Assembly: GCA_021798195.1 (NCBI GenBank)
Contig: JAJZYH010000003.1
Location: 2,224-66,223, forward strand
Source of the DNA: Thermoplasmata archaeon
Lineage (GTDB): Archaea > Thermoplasmatota > Thermoplasmata > Lutacidiplasmatales > UBA184
Direction: 5' to 3'
Length of the DNA stretch: 64,000 bases
Shown here: positions 55,486 to 64,000 of the stretch, one piece after another
How positions within the stretch are numbered: the first letter of the stretch is position 1
Layout: every line of letters starts with the position of its first letter
Program-made: the position numbers and the translations under genes
The notes under the pieces: model-generated
Database searches by the model: none
What the model was told of the DNA's origin: nothing
Seen by the model: only the letters and a program-made list of their open reading frames with translations

Positions 55486-58269
55486 TCAGGAGCAGCCGCT
55501 GGTGGCGCCGCACTGGGTGCAGGCGTAGCAGGTCCCCGAGCGGATCATGATCCCCCCGCACAGGTGGCAGGAGGGGGCGTCCTCGGTCCGGTCCACCGCC
55601 GGCTCCGGGAGGGCCGCCTCCGGGGTGAAGCTCTCCAGGGGCTTCACCGCCATGGGAGGGAGGGGCGGGGGGGCCGGCGTCCCGTTCCCGGGATGCGCCT
55701 CCTCCGACGTCTCGAGGCCGATGGCCCGGCGCTCGGCCACCGTGAGGAAGGTGAGGGCCAGCCACCGGGCCACGTAGTCCGGGATGCTCTTCGCGATGCG
55801 GATCTGCGGGTTGTTGGTCATGCCCGACGGCTCGAACCGCATGTGCGCGAGCTTCCGCACCAGGTCCTTCAGGGGAACCCCGTGCTGCAACGCCATGCTC
55901 ATGGAGATCCCCAGGGAGTCCATGAGGCCGTTCACCGTGGACCCCTCCTTGGTGACCCGGAAGAAGATCTCGCCGGGGCGCCCGTCGGGGTAGAGCCCCA
56001 CGGTGACGTATCCGTCATGCCCGCCCACGGAGAAGTGGTGGGTGATGGCGGTGCGCTGATCCGGGAGGCGCTCCCGGGTGGGGAGCGCGGTCTTGGGCCC
56101 CTCGGGGGCCCTCCCCTTCACCGTCTCGTACGGCTGGCTCGCCTTGCAGCCGTCGCGGTACACGCTCACGCACTTGATGCCCATGCGCCAGGCCTCGAGG
56201 TAGATGGTCTCGATGTCCTCCACCGTGGCGTCGTTGGGGAGGTTGATGGTCTTGGAGGCGCTCCCGGAGAGGAACGGCTGGACGGCCGCCAGCATCTTGA
56301 GGTGCCCCATGGGAGGGATGGTCCGGCGGCCCCCCGGAGGGGGGAGCGCCGTGTCGAAGACGGAAAGATGCTCGGGGCGCAGGCCGGGAGCCCCCTCCAT
56401 GGTGCCCTTCTCCCGGAGGTGGGCGAGGATGGCCTCGCGCGCCGGCCCCTCGTAGCCCAGGACGCCCAGGGCCGCCTCCACCGTCCCGTTGACCATCCGG
56501 ATGGTCCCGCCGCCCACCAGGTTCTTGAGCTTCACCAGGGCGAGCTCCGGTTCGAGGCCCAGCGTGTCGCATCCCATGAGGAGCCCGATGGTCCCCGTGG
56601 GCGCGATCACCGAGATCTGCGCATTGCGGTATCCCCAGAGGTCCCCCTCCTCCACGCAGGCGTCCCATCGTTCCTGGGCCGCCGCGACGAGCGGCGCCAG
56701 GCGGGGATCCTCGCTCCCGAGGCGCCGGGCAGCCTGACGGTGCTTGTCCATGACCCGGAGCATGTGGGGGCGGTTCTTCTCGAAGCCCGCGAACGGTCCC
56801 ATCCGCCGCGCGATCTCGGCGCTGGTCCGGTACCCCTCCGCCGTGAGCAGCGCGGTGATGGCCCCCGCGAGGGCCCGGGCCGGTTCCGAATCGTAGGGGA
56901 GGCCCAGTCGCATGAGGAGGGACCCCAGGTTCGCGTACCCGAGGCCCAGGGGGCGGTAGTCGTGGGAGTTCTGCGCGATGGTGGGCGTGGGGTAGGAGGA
57001 GGCGTCCACCAGGATCTCCATGGACAGGATGAAGGTCCGGACCGCCTGGAGGAAGAGGTCCACGTCGAACGTCCCCTCCTCGGTGAGGAACTTCATGAGG
57101 TTCAGGGAGGCGAGGTTGCAGGCCGAATCGTCGAGGAAGAGATACTCCGCGCAGGGGTTCGAGGCGTTGATGCGGCCGCTCTGGGGGCAGGTGTGCCAGT
57201 CGTTGATGGTGTCGTCGTACTGGAGCCCCGGGTCCCCGCAGCGCCAGGCCGCCTCCGCCATGGTCCGGAAGAGGTCCGCCGCCTGGTAGCGCCGGGCCAC
57301 CTCCGTGGGTCGGGTGACGAAGTGGGTGGCCCAGGGGCCTTTCTCCACCACCGCCCGCATGAACGTGTCGGAGACGCGCACCGAGTGGTTCGCGTTCTGG
57401 TAGGCGATGGAGGCGTAGGCGCTGTCGGGGTCCGTCCCGTCGAAGTTGGCGCTGTATCCCTCCCGGATGAGGGCGTAGGCCTTCTCCTCCTCGCGCACCT
57501 TGGACAGGATGAAGTCGTCGATGTCCGGGTGGTCCACGTTGAGGATCACCATCTTGGCCGCCCGCCGGGTGGTCCCCCCGCTCTTGATGACCCCCGCGAA
57601 GGCGTCGAAGGCCCGCATGAAGGAGACCGGGCCGCTCGCCTTCCCCCCTCCGGCGAGCCGCTCCTGGGAGGAGCGCAGGGCGGAGAGGTTGGAACCGGTC
57701 CCGCTGCCTCCCTTGAAGAGCATGGCCTCGCTCTTCGCCAGGTTCAGGATGGATTCCATGGAGTCCGAGACCGACTGGATGAAGCAGGCGGAGCACTGGG
57801 GGGGCTCCCGGACCCCCACGTTGAACCAGACCGGTGAATTGTGGGATCCCATCTGGTGCACGATGAGCCAGTTGAGGTTCTCCTCCAGGATCCCCGCCTC
57901 CTCCGGGGTGTCGAAGTAGCCGCGCTTGAGACCCTCTTCGGCGATCCAGTGGGAGACCCGCCGGATCATCCCCTCCACGCTGGATTCCTTCTGGCCCCGG
58001 ATGTACCGGAAGTACTTCGACGCCGCGATGTTCACCGCGGTCTCTCCCCACTCCCCGGGGACCCGGATGCCGGTCTGCTCGAAGACCGTCTCCCCCGAGG
58101 GGCTCTTGATCCGGGCGTCGTGGGTCTTCCACTCCACTCCATCGAAGGCGCTCTTCCCCTTGGGGACCAGTCGGCCCAGGGGGATGGGGTCGCGACCCGG
58201 CCGGGGAGAGCCCGTGGCGGGAGATGCGGGGATGTGGGGCAGGTGGGCGCGGCGACGTGTGGTGGCCAT
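55486..58269 (-). CDS. nrdJ: Class II (B12-dependent) ribonucleotide reductase
   Basis: NSPVWFN, QCSACFI, GGTTRRAAKM, SNPCAEY, ACNLASLN, IAPTGTI, YRDGCK, C-terminal Zn ribbon ending GCS. Confidence 0.95.
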   Translation of the reverse strand: MATTRRRAHLPHIPASPATGSPRPGRDPIPLGRLVPKGKSAFDGVEWKTHDARIKSPSGETVFEQTGIRVPGEWGETAVNIAASKYFRYIRGQKESSVEGMIRRVSHWIAEEGLKRGYFDTPEEAGILEENLNWLIVHQMGSHNSPVWFNVGVREPPQCSACFIQSVSDSMESILNLAKSEAMLFKGGSGTGSNLSALRSSQERLAGGGKASGPVSFMRAFDAFAGVIKSGGTTRRAAKMVILNVDHPDIDDFILSKVREEEKAYALIREGYSANFDGTDPDSAYASIAYQNANHSVRVSDTFMRAVVEKGPWATHFVTRPTEVARRYQAADLFRTMAEAAWRCGDPGLQYDDTINDWHTCPQSGRINASNPCAEYLFLDDSACNLASLNLMKFLTEEGTFDVDLFLQAVRTFILSMEILVDASSYPTPTIAQNSHDYRPLGLGYANLGSLLMRLGLPYDSEPARALAGAITALLTAEGYRTSAEIARRMGPFAGFEKNRPHMLRVMDKHRQAARRLGSEDPRLAPLVAAAQERWDACVEEGDLWGYRNAQISVIAPTGTIGLLMGCDTLGLEPELALVKLKNLVGGGTIRMVNGTVEAALGVLGYEGPAREAILAHLREKGTMEGAPGLRPEHLSVFDTALPPPGGRRTIPPMGHLKMLAAVQPFLSGSASKTINLPNDATVEDIETIYLEAWRMGIKCVSVYRDGCKASQPYETVKGRAPEGPKTALPTRERLPDQRTAITHHFSVGGHDGYVTVGLYPDGRPGEIFFRVTKEGSTVNGLMDSLGISMSMALQHGVPLKDLVRKLAHMRFEPSGMTNNPQIRIAKSIPDYVARWLALTFLTVAERRAIGLETSEEAHPGNGTPAPPPLPPMAVKPLESFTPEAALPEPAVDRTEDAPSCHLCGGIMIRSGTCYACTQCGATSGCS

Positions 58270-58497
58270 GTGTGTTTCCTCCAAGGATGGGCGTTACCGG
58301 TACACCGGGGGTTCCGGAACGCGGTCGCGGAGAGCGCACGAGGCGCGGGAGCCTACATAAAGGCCGACGGGGCAGGGACCCCCGGCCTCCACGGCCCCGC
58401 GGGGCAGGCTCCCGGGTCCCGTGCGATGCGCCTGCGGCTCTGGATGCGACACGAACTCCGGTTCCTCGTCCGGTGAGGTGGACAAACCGAGGGTCGT

Positions 58498-59835
58498 CTA
58501 TTTGGGGATTCCCCGGCTAATTCCCATGGATCTCCCGGGGAGGCGTCCCTCGGCGCCCGCTCCCCATTCCACGCCCCCCACGAATACGGCGGAGGGGGGG
58601 GTGGTTCCCCACCGGTAGGGGATGTGCTCCGCCGACGGCAACGGGAACACCACGAGGTCCGCCCGCCGCCCCGGTGCGATCTGGCCCGCCCGGTCCCCCT
58701 CCCCGATGGCGTGGGCGGCGTTCACCGTGGCCGCGGTGAGGGCCTCGGCCGGGGTGAGACGGGCGGCGTGGACCGCGTGCGCGATCACCTGCGGCATGGC
58801 CTCCACCCAGGAGTTGGGGGAGAGGTCCGACCCCAGGGCCACCGCCACCCCCTCGTCCACGAGCTCCCGGCCGGGGGAGCGGCCCGGGGCCATCGACGAG
58901 AGGGGCGTCATGGGCAGGATCACGCCCACGATGCCCGCCCGGGCGAGCCCCTTCCGGTGCGATGGAGGGGTCATCACCAGATGGTCGGCGCTCACGGCCC
59001 CCACCTCCGCCGCCACCCGGGCCCCTCCCGAGACGGTGAACTCGTCGGCGTGGATCTTGGCCCCGAGCCCCTCTTTCCGGGCGGCCCGAAGGATCCGCAA
59101 GGACTCCCGGGCGGTGAAGAACCCCTCGTCGCAGAACACGTCCACGAAGCGGGCCCGTCCCTCGCGGGCCACCGCGGGGATCTGGTGCCGAAGGAGGTCG
59201 CGGAGGTAGGCCTCCCGCGTGACCTCCCCGGGAGGTGGGAACGCATGGGCCCCGAGGAACGTGGCCACCAGCGTCACCCCCGTGGTCCGCGCCAGCTGGG
59301 GGACGAGTGTGAGCAGTCGGCGCTCCGCCGTCCACGTGAGCCCGTAGCCACTCTTCACCTCCAGCGTGGTGGTCCCCCAGGCCACCATCCGCGCGAGGCG
59401 CTCTCCGGCCTCCCGGAGCAACCGGGCACGGGACGCGGCTCTGGTTTCCCGCACCGTCCGGTAGAGCCCGCCTCCTCCGGCGGCGATCTCCCGGTACGAG
59501 ACCCCCCGCACCTTGGGGAGGAGCTCCCCTTCCCGGCTCCCCGCGAAGAGGAGATGGGTGTGGGCGTCGACGAACCCGGGGAGCGCCACCCCTCCGGGGA
59601 AGGTCCGGATCATCCCGCCCCGTCGCAGACGGACCACCCGGGGGAGTTCTCGCGCCGGCCCCACCCAGGCCACCTTTCCTTGAGAAAGGGCGATGGCTCC
59701 TTCCGGGATCCGGCCCATCTCCTCCATGGCCGGGCCTCTGCGGGGGACTGGCCCCCGGGCCATGGTGACCACCTCCGAGAAACCCGTGAGGATGCCGTCC
59801 GCCGCCACCCGGTGAGATCCTGATGGGTGGGCCAT
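58498..59835 (-). CDS. hutI: Imidazolonepropionase
   Basis: PGFVDAHTHLLFAG, GTTTLEVKSGYGL, FLGAH, DVFCDEG, IHADE, SADHL. Confidence 0.93.
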   Translation of the reverse strand: MAHPSGSHRVAADGILTGFSEVVTMARGPVPRRGPAMEEMGRIPEGAIALSQGKVAWVGPARELPRVVRLRRGGMIRTFPGGVALPGFVDAHTHLLFAGSREGELLPKVRGVSYREIAAGGGGLYRTVRETRAASRARLLREAGERLARMVAWGTTTLEVKSGYGLTWTAERRLLTLVPQLARTTGVTLVATFLGAHAFPPPGEVTREAYLRDLLRHQIPAVAREGRARFVDVFCDEGFFTARESLRILRAARKEGLGAKIHADEFTVSGGARVAAEVGAVSADHLVMTPPSHRKGLARAGIVGVILPMTPLSSMAPGRSPGRELVDEGVAVALGSDLSPNSWVEAMPQVIAHAVHAARLTPAEALTAATVNAAHAIGEGDRAGQIAPGRRADLVVFPLPSAEHIPYRWGTTPPSAVFVGGVEWGAGAEGRLPGRSMGISRGIPK

Positions 59836-59843
59836 CCTTCCCT

Positions 59844-60746
59844 CTACCTCTGCCGGAGGAGGTGCTCCCGGAGGTCCTGTGCGGCGTGACTCTCCGGGAA
59901 GGTCCGCCGGGCCTCCGCTTCCAGGGGTTCCGCCTCCGGGTAGCGCGAAGAGAAGTGGGTGAGGAAGAGCAGACCCACCCCGGCCTCCCGGGCGATCTCC
60001 GCCGCCTGATGCGCCGAGGAGTGCCCCCACTCATTGGCCTCCGCCTCCAGATCCTCCGCCGTGGTGGCCTCGTGGATCAGCACGTCGGAGCCGCGGGCCA
60101 GCTGGATCACCTCCGGAGCGGGGGAGGAATCCCCCGAGTAGGTCACCGAGCGTCCGGGACGCGGAGGGCCCAGGACGAGATCCGGCGGGATCACGCGCCC
60201 GCCGATGGTGAGGGTCTCTCCCGCCTCCACCCGGGCGAAGTCCGCCCCCCGCATCCCCAGGGAACGCGCCTTCTCCGCATCGAACCGCCCCCTCTTCTCC
60301 TTCTCCTCCACCCGGTACGCGAGGGCGGGCACGGGATGCCGGGCGGCGGCCGCCCGGACCGCGTACGACCCCAGGTCCAGGACGTCCCCCGGAGCCATCT
60401 CATGCACCGCCACGGGGAACTTCTGCGTGAAGTACCCCAGGCGGAGGATCATCTCCACGAACTCCCGGGCCCCCCGGGGCCCGTAGACATCCAGGGGTTC
60501 GGTCCGGTTGTTGAGCCCCATGCTCTGGATGAGCCCTGGAAGGCCCAGGAAATGGTCCCCGTGGAAGTGCGTGATGAGGACCCGACGGACCCGCATGAAC
60601 GAGACGGGGCTCCGGAAGAGCTGGCGCTGCGTCCCTTCCCCGCAGTCCAGGAGGATCACCTCCTTCTCCATATCCAGGGCGATGGCGCTGGCGCTGCGCT
60701 CCTTGGTGGGCCAGGACCCGGCCGTGCCCAGGAAGGTGATCTGCAC
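59844..60746 (-). CDS. rnz: Ribonuclease Z
   Basis: FLGTAG, DCGEGTQRQ, ITHFHGDH, YSGDS, IHEAT, GHSS, LTHFSSRY. Confidence 0.93.
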   Translation of the reverse strand: MQITFLGTAGSWPTKERSASAIALDMEKEVILLDCGEGTQRQLFRSPVSFMRVRRVLITHFHGDHFLGLPGLIQSMGLNNRTEPLDVYGPRGAREFVEMILRLGYFTQKFPVAVHEMAPGDVLDLGSYAVRAAAARHPVPALAYRVEEKEKRGRFDAEKARSLGMRGADFARVEAGETLTIGGRVIPPDLVLGPPRPGRSVTYSGDSSPAPEVIQLARGSDVLIHEATTAEDLEAEANEWGHSSAHQAAEIAREAGVGLLFLTHFSSRYPEAEPLEAEARRTFPESHAAQDLREHLLRQR

Positions 60747-60867
60747 GGCGGGCCCCAAGGAGAGGAGGGTAAAAAGACGGAACGCCCGGCTCGGGGCGCC
60801 CCAGGACCTTCCCGGTCGTGGCGTCCGGGTCGAGTTCATAGCCCCGGGACCCCTGGGCGGTCGGGCC

Positions 60868-61845
60868 ATGGGAACATCCCCGAGCCCCGAGGGACCTCTC
60901 CCGTTCCTGGCGACCCACGAGGCAGAGGTCCGCCACTGGCTGGAAGGGATGGATCTCACCCCCCGGGTCTGGGCCCACTCCGCCGAGGAGATGGTGGAGG
61001 TCCCCCCGGGTTCCGTGGACCTCATCGTCACGTCCCCTCCCTATCCCATGGTGGAACGCTGGGACGCTCTCTTTGCCCGGGTCCTGGGGCTTCCGTCCTT
61101 TCCCCGGGACCCCGGGGATTTCGACCGGGCCCACGGATACCTGGACCGGGTCTGGGAGGATTGCCGCCGGGTCCTCCGACCGGGGGGGATCCTCGCCGTC
61201 AACATCGGGGATGCCACCCGGACGGTGGGCGGGAGGTTCCTCTGCTACCCCAACCACGCCCGGGTGACGGAGGCGCTCCGCCGGGGGGGCCTGGAACCCC
61301 TCGTCCCCCTCCTCTGGAAGAAGCCCACCAACAAGCCCAACGCGTTCCTCGGCTCGGGGTTCCTCCCTCCCCACGCCTACGTCACGCTGGACTGCGAGCA
61401 CATCCTCCTGTTCCGCAAACCCGGCCGTCCCCTTCCGCCCGATCCCCCCTTCCGACGCTATGTGAGCCAGTACTCCAAGGCGGAGAGGGACCTCTGGTTC
61501 AGCCAGGTCTGGGAGGTCCGGGGGGCCCCGCAGACCCGGGAGACCGCCCCCTTCCCCGAGGAGATCCCCCGCCGGCTGGTGCGCATGTTCTCCTGCCTGG
61601 GGGACACCGTCCTGGACCCCTTCGCCGGGAGCGGGACCACCCTCCGCGTGGCCCGGGAGTGGGGGCGCCGGGCCCTGGGGTACGAACTGGACCTCTCCCT
61701 GGCATCCCAGATGGATCTCCCCTCGGGTCCCCCCACGGTCCAGGAGATCCTCGACCGGATCCGGGCCGAGTACCGATGTGCCCCGGGCCTTCCCCCAACT
61801 CCCGGAGCGATCTCCGCTCCCCGGTCAAGGCCCCCGCCAAGGTGA
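60868..61845 (+). CDS. Beta-class N4-cytosine DNA methyltransferase, resembling archaeal CTAG methylases (MthZI/Zim-like)
   Basis: TSPPYPM..WD, NIGDATR, YPNH, WKKPTNKPN.FLGSG.LPP.AYVTL, LDPFAGSGTT. Confidence 0.85.
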   Translation: MGTSPSPEGPLPFLATHEAEVRHWLEGMDLTPRVWAHSAEEMVEVPPGSVDLIVTSPPYPMVERWDALFARVLGLPSFPRDPGDFDRAHGYLDRVWEDCRRVLRPGGILAVNIGDATRTVGGRFLCYPNHARVTEALRRGGLEPLVPLLWKKPTNKPNAFLGSGFLPPHAYVTLDCEHILLFRKPGRPLPPDPPFRRYVSQYSKAERDLWFSQVWEVRGAPQTRETAPFPEEIPRRLVRMFSCLGDTVLDPFAGSGTTLRVAREWGRRALGYELDLSLASQMDLPSGPPTVQEILDRIRAEYRCAPGLPPTPGAISAPRSRPPPR

Positions 61846-61893
61846 TATGCCGAAATAGGAGCCCCCTCGTGGGAACATCCCAGGGGGTGGAGG

Positions 61894-64000
61894 TTGCACC
61901 GGAAAGGCGGTTGGCGCGGGATGGTCCCCATCATCCTCCTTGCGCTCCTCCTGGTGTCGGTCCTCCTTCCGGGACCGGGCGCGGGCAGCCCCTCGCGCCA
62001 TCTTTCCGCATCCACGCCTTCGCTCTTGGAACCCCGGTGGAACAACGAGACCTCGAGCGGTCCCGCATCACGATCCAATGCCAGCGCGGCGTGGGCCACG
62101 GGGGGTTCCTACGCGGTCCTCTTCGGGGGGAGCGGGTCGTGCGGCACCTATTGCAACGACACCTGGATCTTCCAGGACTCCCCCCAGGTCTCCTGGACCC
62201 AGGAACCCGCGGGTTCGGGGCCCCGGGGCCGGGAGGGAGCCGCCATGACCTGGGACCCGCTCCTGGGATCCGCCCTCCTCTTCGGGGGCAGTGATGGGGC
62301 CTCTCTCAACGGGACCTGGAGCTTCAACCGGGCGGATGGATGGTCCCGGATGGCGGTCCCCGGATCCCCTCCGGCCCGCTCCGGGGCCGCCATGGCCTAC
62401 GATGCGGCGACAGGGCAGGTGATCCTCTTCGGCGGCGAGGGCGCCGGCGGCCTCGCCCTGGGAGATACGTGGGCCTTTGGCAACGGGACCTGGCACCAGC
62501 TCTTCCCCGCGGTGCACCCATCTCCCCGATGGGGAGCCGCGATGACCTACGACGCGGCGACCGGGGCCGTGGACCTCTTCGGCGGCCGCAACGCAAGCGC
62601 GTGGGACTCGGGCCTCTGGCAGTTCCAGAACGGCTCCTGGTCCCTCCTCGCCCGGGGAGGGGCCGGAACACCGGCCCCCCGGGAAGGGGCGAGCCTGGTG
62701 TCCTCCGCGGACGGTACCCTCTTCCTCTTCGGTGGCGCGGGCTCCCTCGGTCCCCGGAACGACTCCTGGCAGTACGCCAACGGGACCTGGACGCCGGTCC
62801 AGGGCGCGGGCCCCACGGGGACCCCCGGCCCTCTCGCCGGGATGGACATGGTGCCCGCCCCGGACCTGGGACCCAATCTCTTCTGGATGTTCGGAGGTTG
62901 GCCCCTCCGGGGCTCCGAGCTCACGGCCTGGACGCTCTACCTTCAGAACGGGGGTACCTTGGGGAATCTCCGGGTGGCCATCCTCCCGGGAACCGCCAAC
63001 GGGACCGCTCCGTTCACGGTGGACTTCACCGCGTCCATCCAGGGGGGGTTCCCACCGTATGAGGCGACCTGGGACTTCGGAGATGGCACGCCCAATGCCA
63101 CGGGCCTCCAGGTGAACCATACCTTCTCCGCCGCGGCGGTGGACATCGTGGGCCTCACCGTGGTGGATGCCAAGGGGGACCGGGCCACCGCCCAGGCCAT
63201 CGTCACCGTGCTTGCCGCACCTCCCCCGCCCCCTCCGGAGACCGTGGGAAGCTTCCTCACCTCCCCCCCCGGCGAAGCCCTCCTCGGGTCCCTGGTGGCC
63301 CTGGCTCTCGTGGGGCTCGGGGTCCGGGAAATCCTCCGCCGTCGCCGGTTCCTCCGGGGCTGGGAGGAGGCCACGGGAGGGGCCCGTCCCTCCCTGGGAA
63401 GGGACGTCCGGCGGCTCGTCCGGACCCTCCGGGAGGAGGGCCGTCTCCGGGAACTGGGGCCGGCGCTCCTGCGCCTGCTCCGATCCCGCCGCCCCGCGCC
63501 CGGGACGCAGGCCCTCCCCAACCGGCGGGGCACGGGGAGGGCGCTCGCCACGTACGCGCTCCGGCGGGGCCTCACGGCGGTGGGCCAGCTCTTCCTGGTG
63601 ATGGCCATCATCTACCTGTTGGGGACCGTCCTCCCGGCGGCGCTGGGCGGAACCTCGGCAAGCCCCTCCGGGGGGTTCCTGCCGGCCTCGATGGACTACT
63701 TCCGCCAGTTCCTCACGTTCGTGGCGAACCTCCTCACCGGGAACTGGGGCTACACGTCCGCGGGCGGCAAGGGGGTCCCCGGGGCGGTCCTGCCCTGGAC
63801 CCAGTTCGTGCTCTACCATTTCCCTCCCAGCCTGGAGCTGGGTGGCCTGGCCTTCCTCCTGAGCATGCTCCTCGCCTACCCCGTGGGCCTCGTGGCCGGC
63901 TGGCACCGGGGCCGCTCCACCGACCACGCCTCCCGGATCCTCACCCTGGTGGGCCTGTTCCTCCCGGTCTTCATCCTCGTGCTGGTGGTGGTGGGCTACC
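61894..64000 (+). CDS. Signal peptide-Kelch propeller-PKD-TM-OppB/DppB permease fusion (3' truncated by window)
   Basis: Single stop-free frame read manually from TTG 61894/ATG 61921 to the edge: 6 [LM]FGG..W repeats, PKD WDFGDG, TM, then YALRR..GNWG..FPPSLEL..YPVGLVAG..D. Confidence 0.82.
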   Translation, partial: MHRKGGWRGMVPIILLALLLVSVLLPGPGAGSPSRHLSASTPSLLEPRWNNETSSGPASRSNASAAWATGGSYAVLFGGSGSCGTYCNDTWIFQDSPQVSWTQEPAGSGPRGREGAAMTWDPLLGSALLFGGSDGASLNGTWSFNRADGWSRMAVPGSPPARSGAAMAYDAATGQVILFGGEGAGGLALGDTWAFGNGTWHQLFPAVHPSPRWGAAMTYDAATGAVDLFGGRNASAWDSGLWQFQNGSWSLLARGGAGTPAPREGASLVSSADGTLFLFGGAGSLGPRNDSWQYANGTWTPVQGAGPTGTPGPLAGMDMVPAPDLGPNLFWMFGGWPLRGSELTAWTLYLQNGGTLGNLRVAILPGTANGTAPFTVDFTASIQGGFPPYEATWDFGDGTPNATGLQVNHTFSAAAVDIVGLTVVDAKGDRATAQAIVTVLAAPPPPPPETVGSFLTSPPGEALLGSLVALALVGLGVREILRRRRFLRGWEEATGGARPSLGRDVRRLVRTLREEGRLRELGPALLRLLRSRRPAPGTQALPNRRGTGRALATYALRRGLTAVGQLFLVMAIIYLLGTVLPAALGGTSASPSGGFLPASMDYFRQFLTFVANLLTGNWGYTSAGGKGVPGAVLPWTQFVLYHFPPSLELGGLAFLLSMLLAYPVGLVAGWHRGRSTDHASRILTLVGLFLPVFILVLVVVGY

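Noticed and set aside
58270-58497. Cobalamin riboswitch or small ORF upstream of nrdJ
   Set aside because: No B12-box consensus; the short ORF has no recognisable motif; only a TATA-like TTTATG is visible
1-64000. CRISPR arrays, rRNA, transposases
   Set aside because: No regularly spaced repeats, rRNA signatures or transposase motifs detected by eye

Overview
GC-rich (visually about 70%) archaeal core chromosome, most consistent with Thermoplasmata: RadA, FtsZ, PolD DP2, Pop5, PurP, RNase Z, thermopsin/Kelch/PKD-type surface proteins and TATA-like promoters. It carries about 47 genes. These cover DNA repair and replication (MutY-Nudix, intein-containing RadA, PolD, PolX, class II RNR), histidine catabolism (hutH, hutI), the glyoxylate shunt (aceB-aceA) followed by a three-subunit Mo-hydroxylase, purP and gcvT, NAD synthesis, Cu export and two orphan DNA methyltransferases. 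Most long ORFs in the track are GC shadow frames. The main signals not in the ORF track, or poorly shown by it, are: a tRNA-Arg(TCG) with a BHB intron in the T-loop (59/60); a signal peptide-Kelch-PKD-OppB/DppB permease fusion running off the right edge; a SufR-like/SDR/QueA-like operon; and a wHTH + nucleotidyltransferase module with a perfect operator palindrome next to a frameshifted bactofilin-like remnant. No CRISPR array, rRNA or transposase was seen. All calls come from motif recognition by eye; no searches were run.
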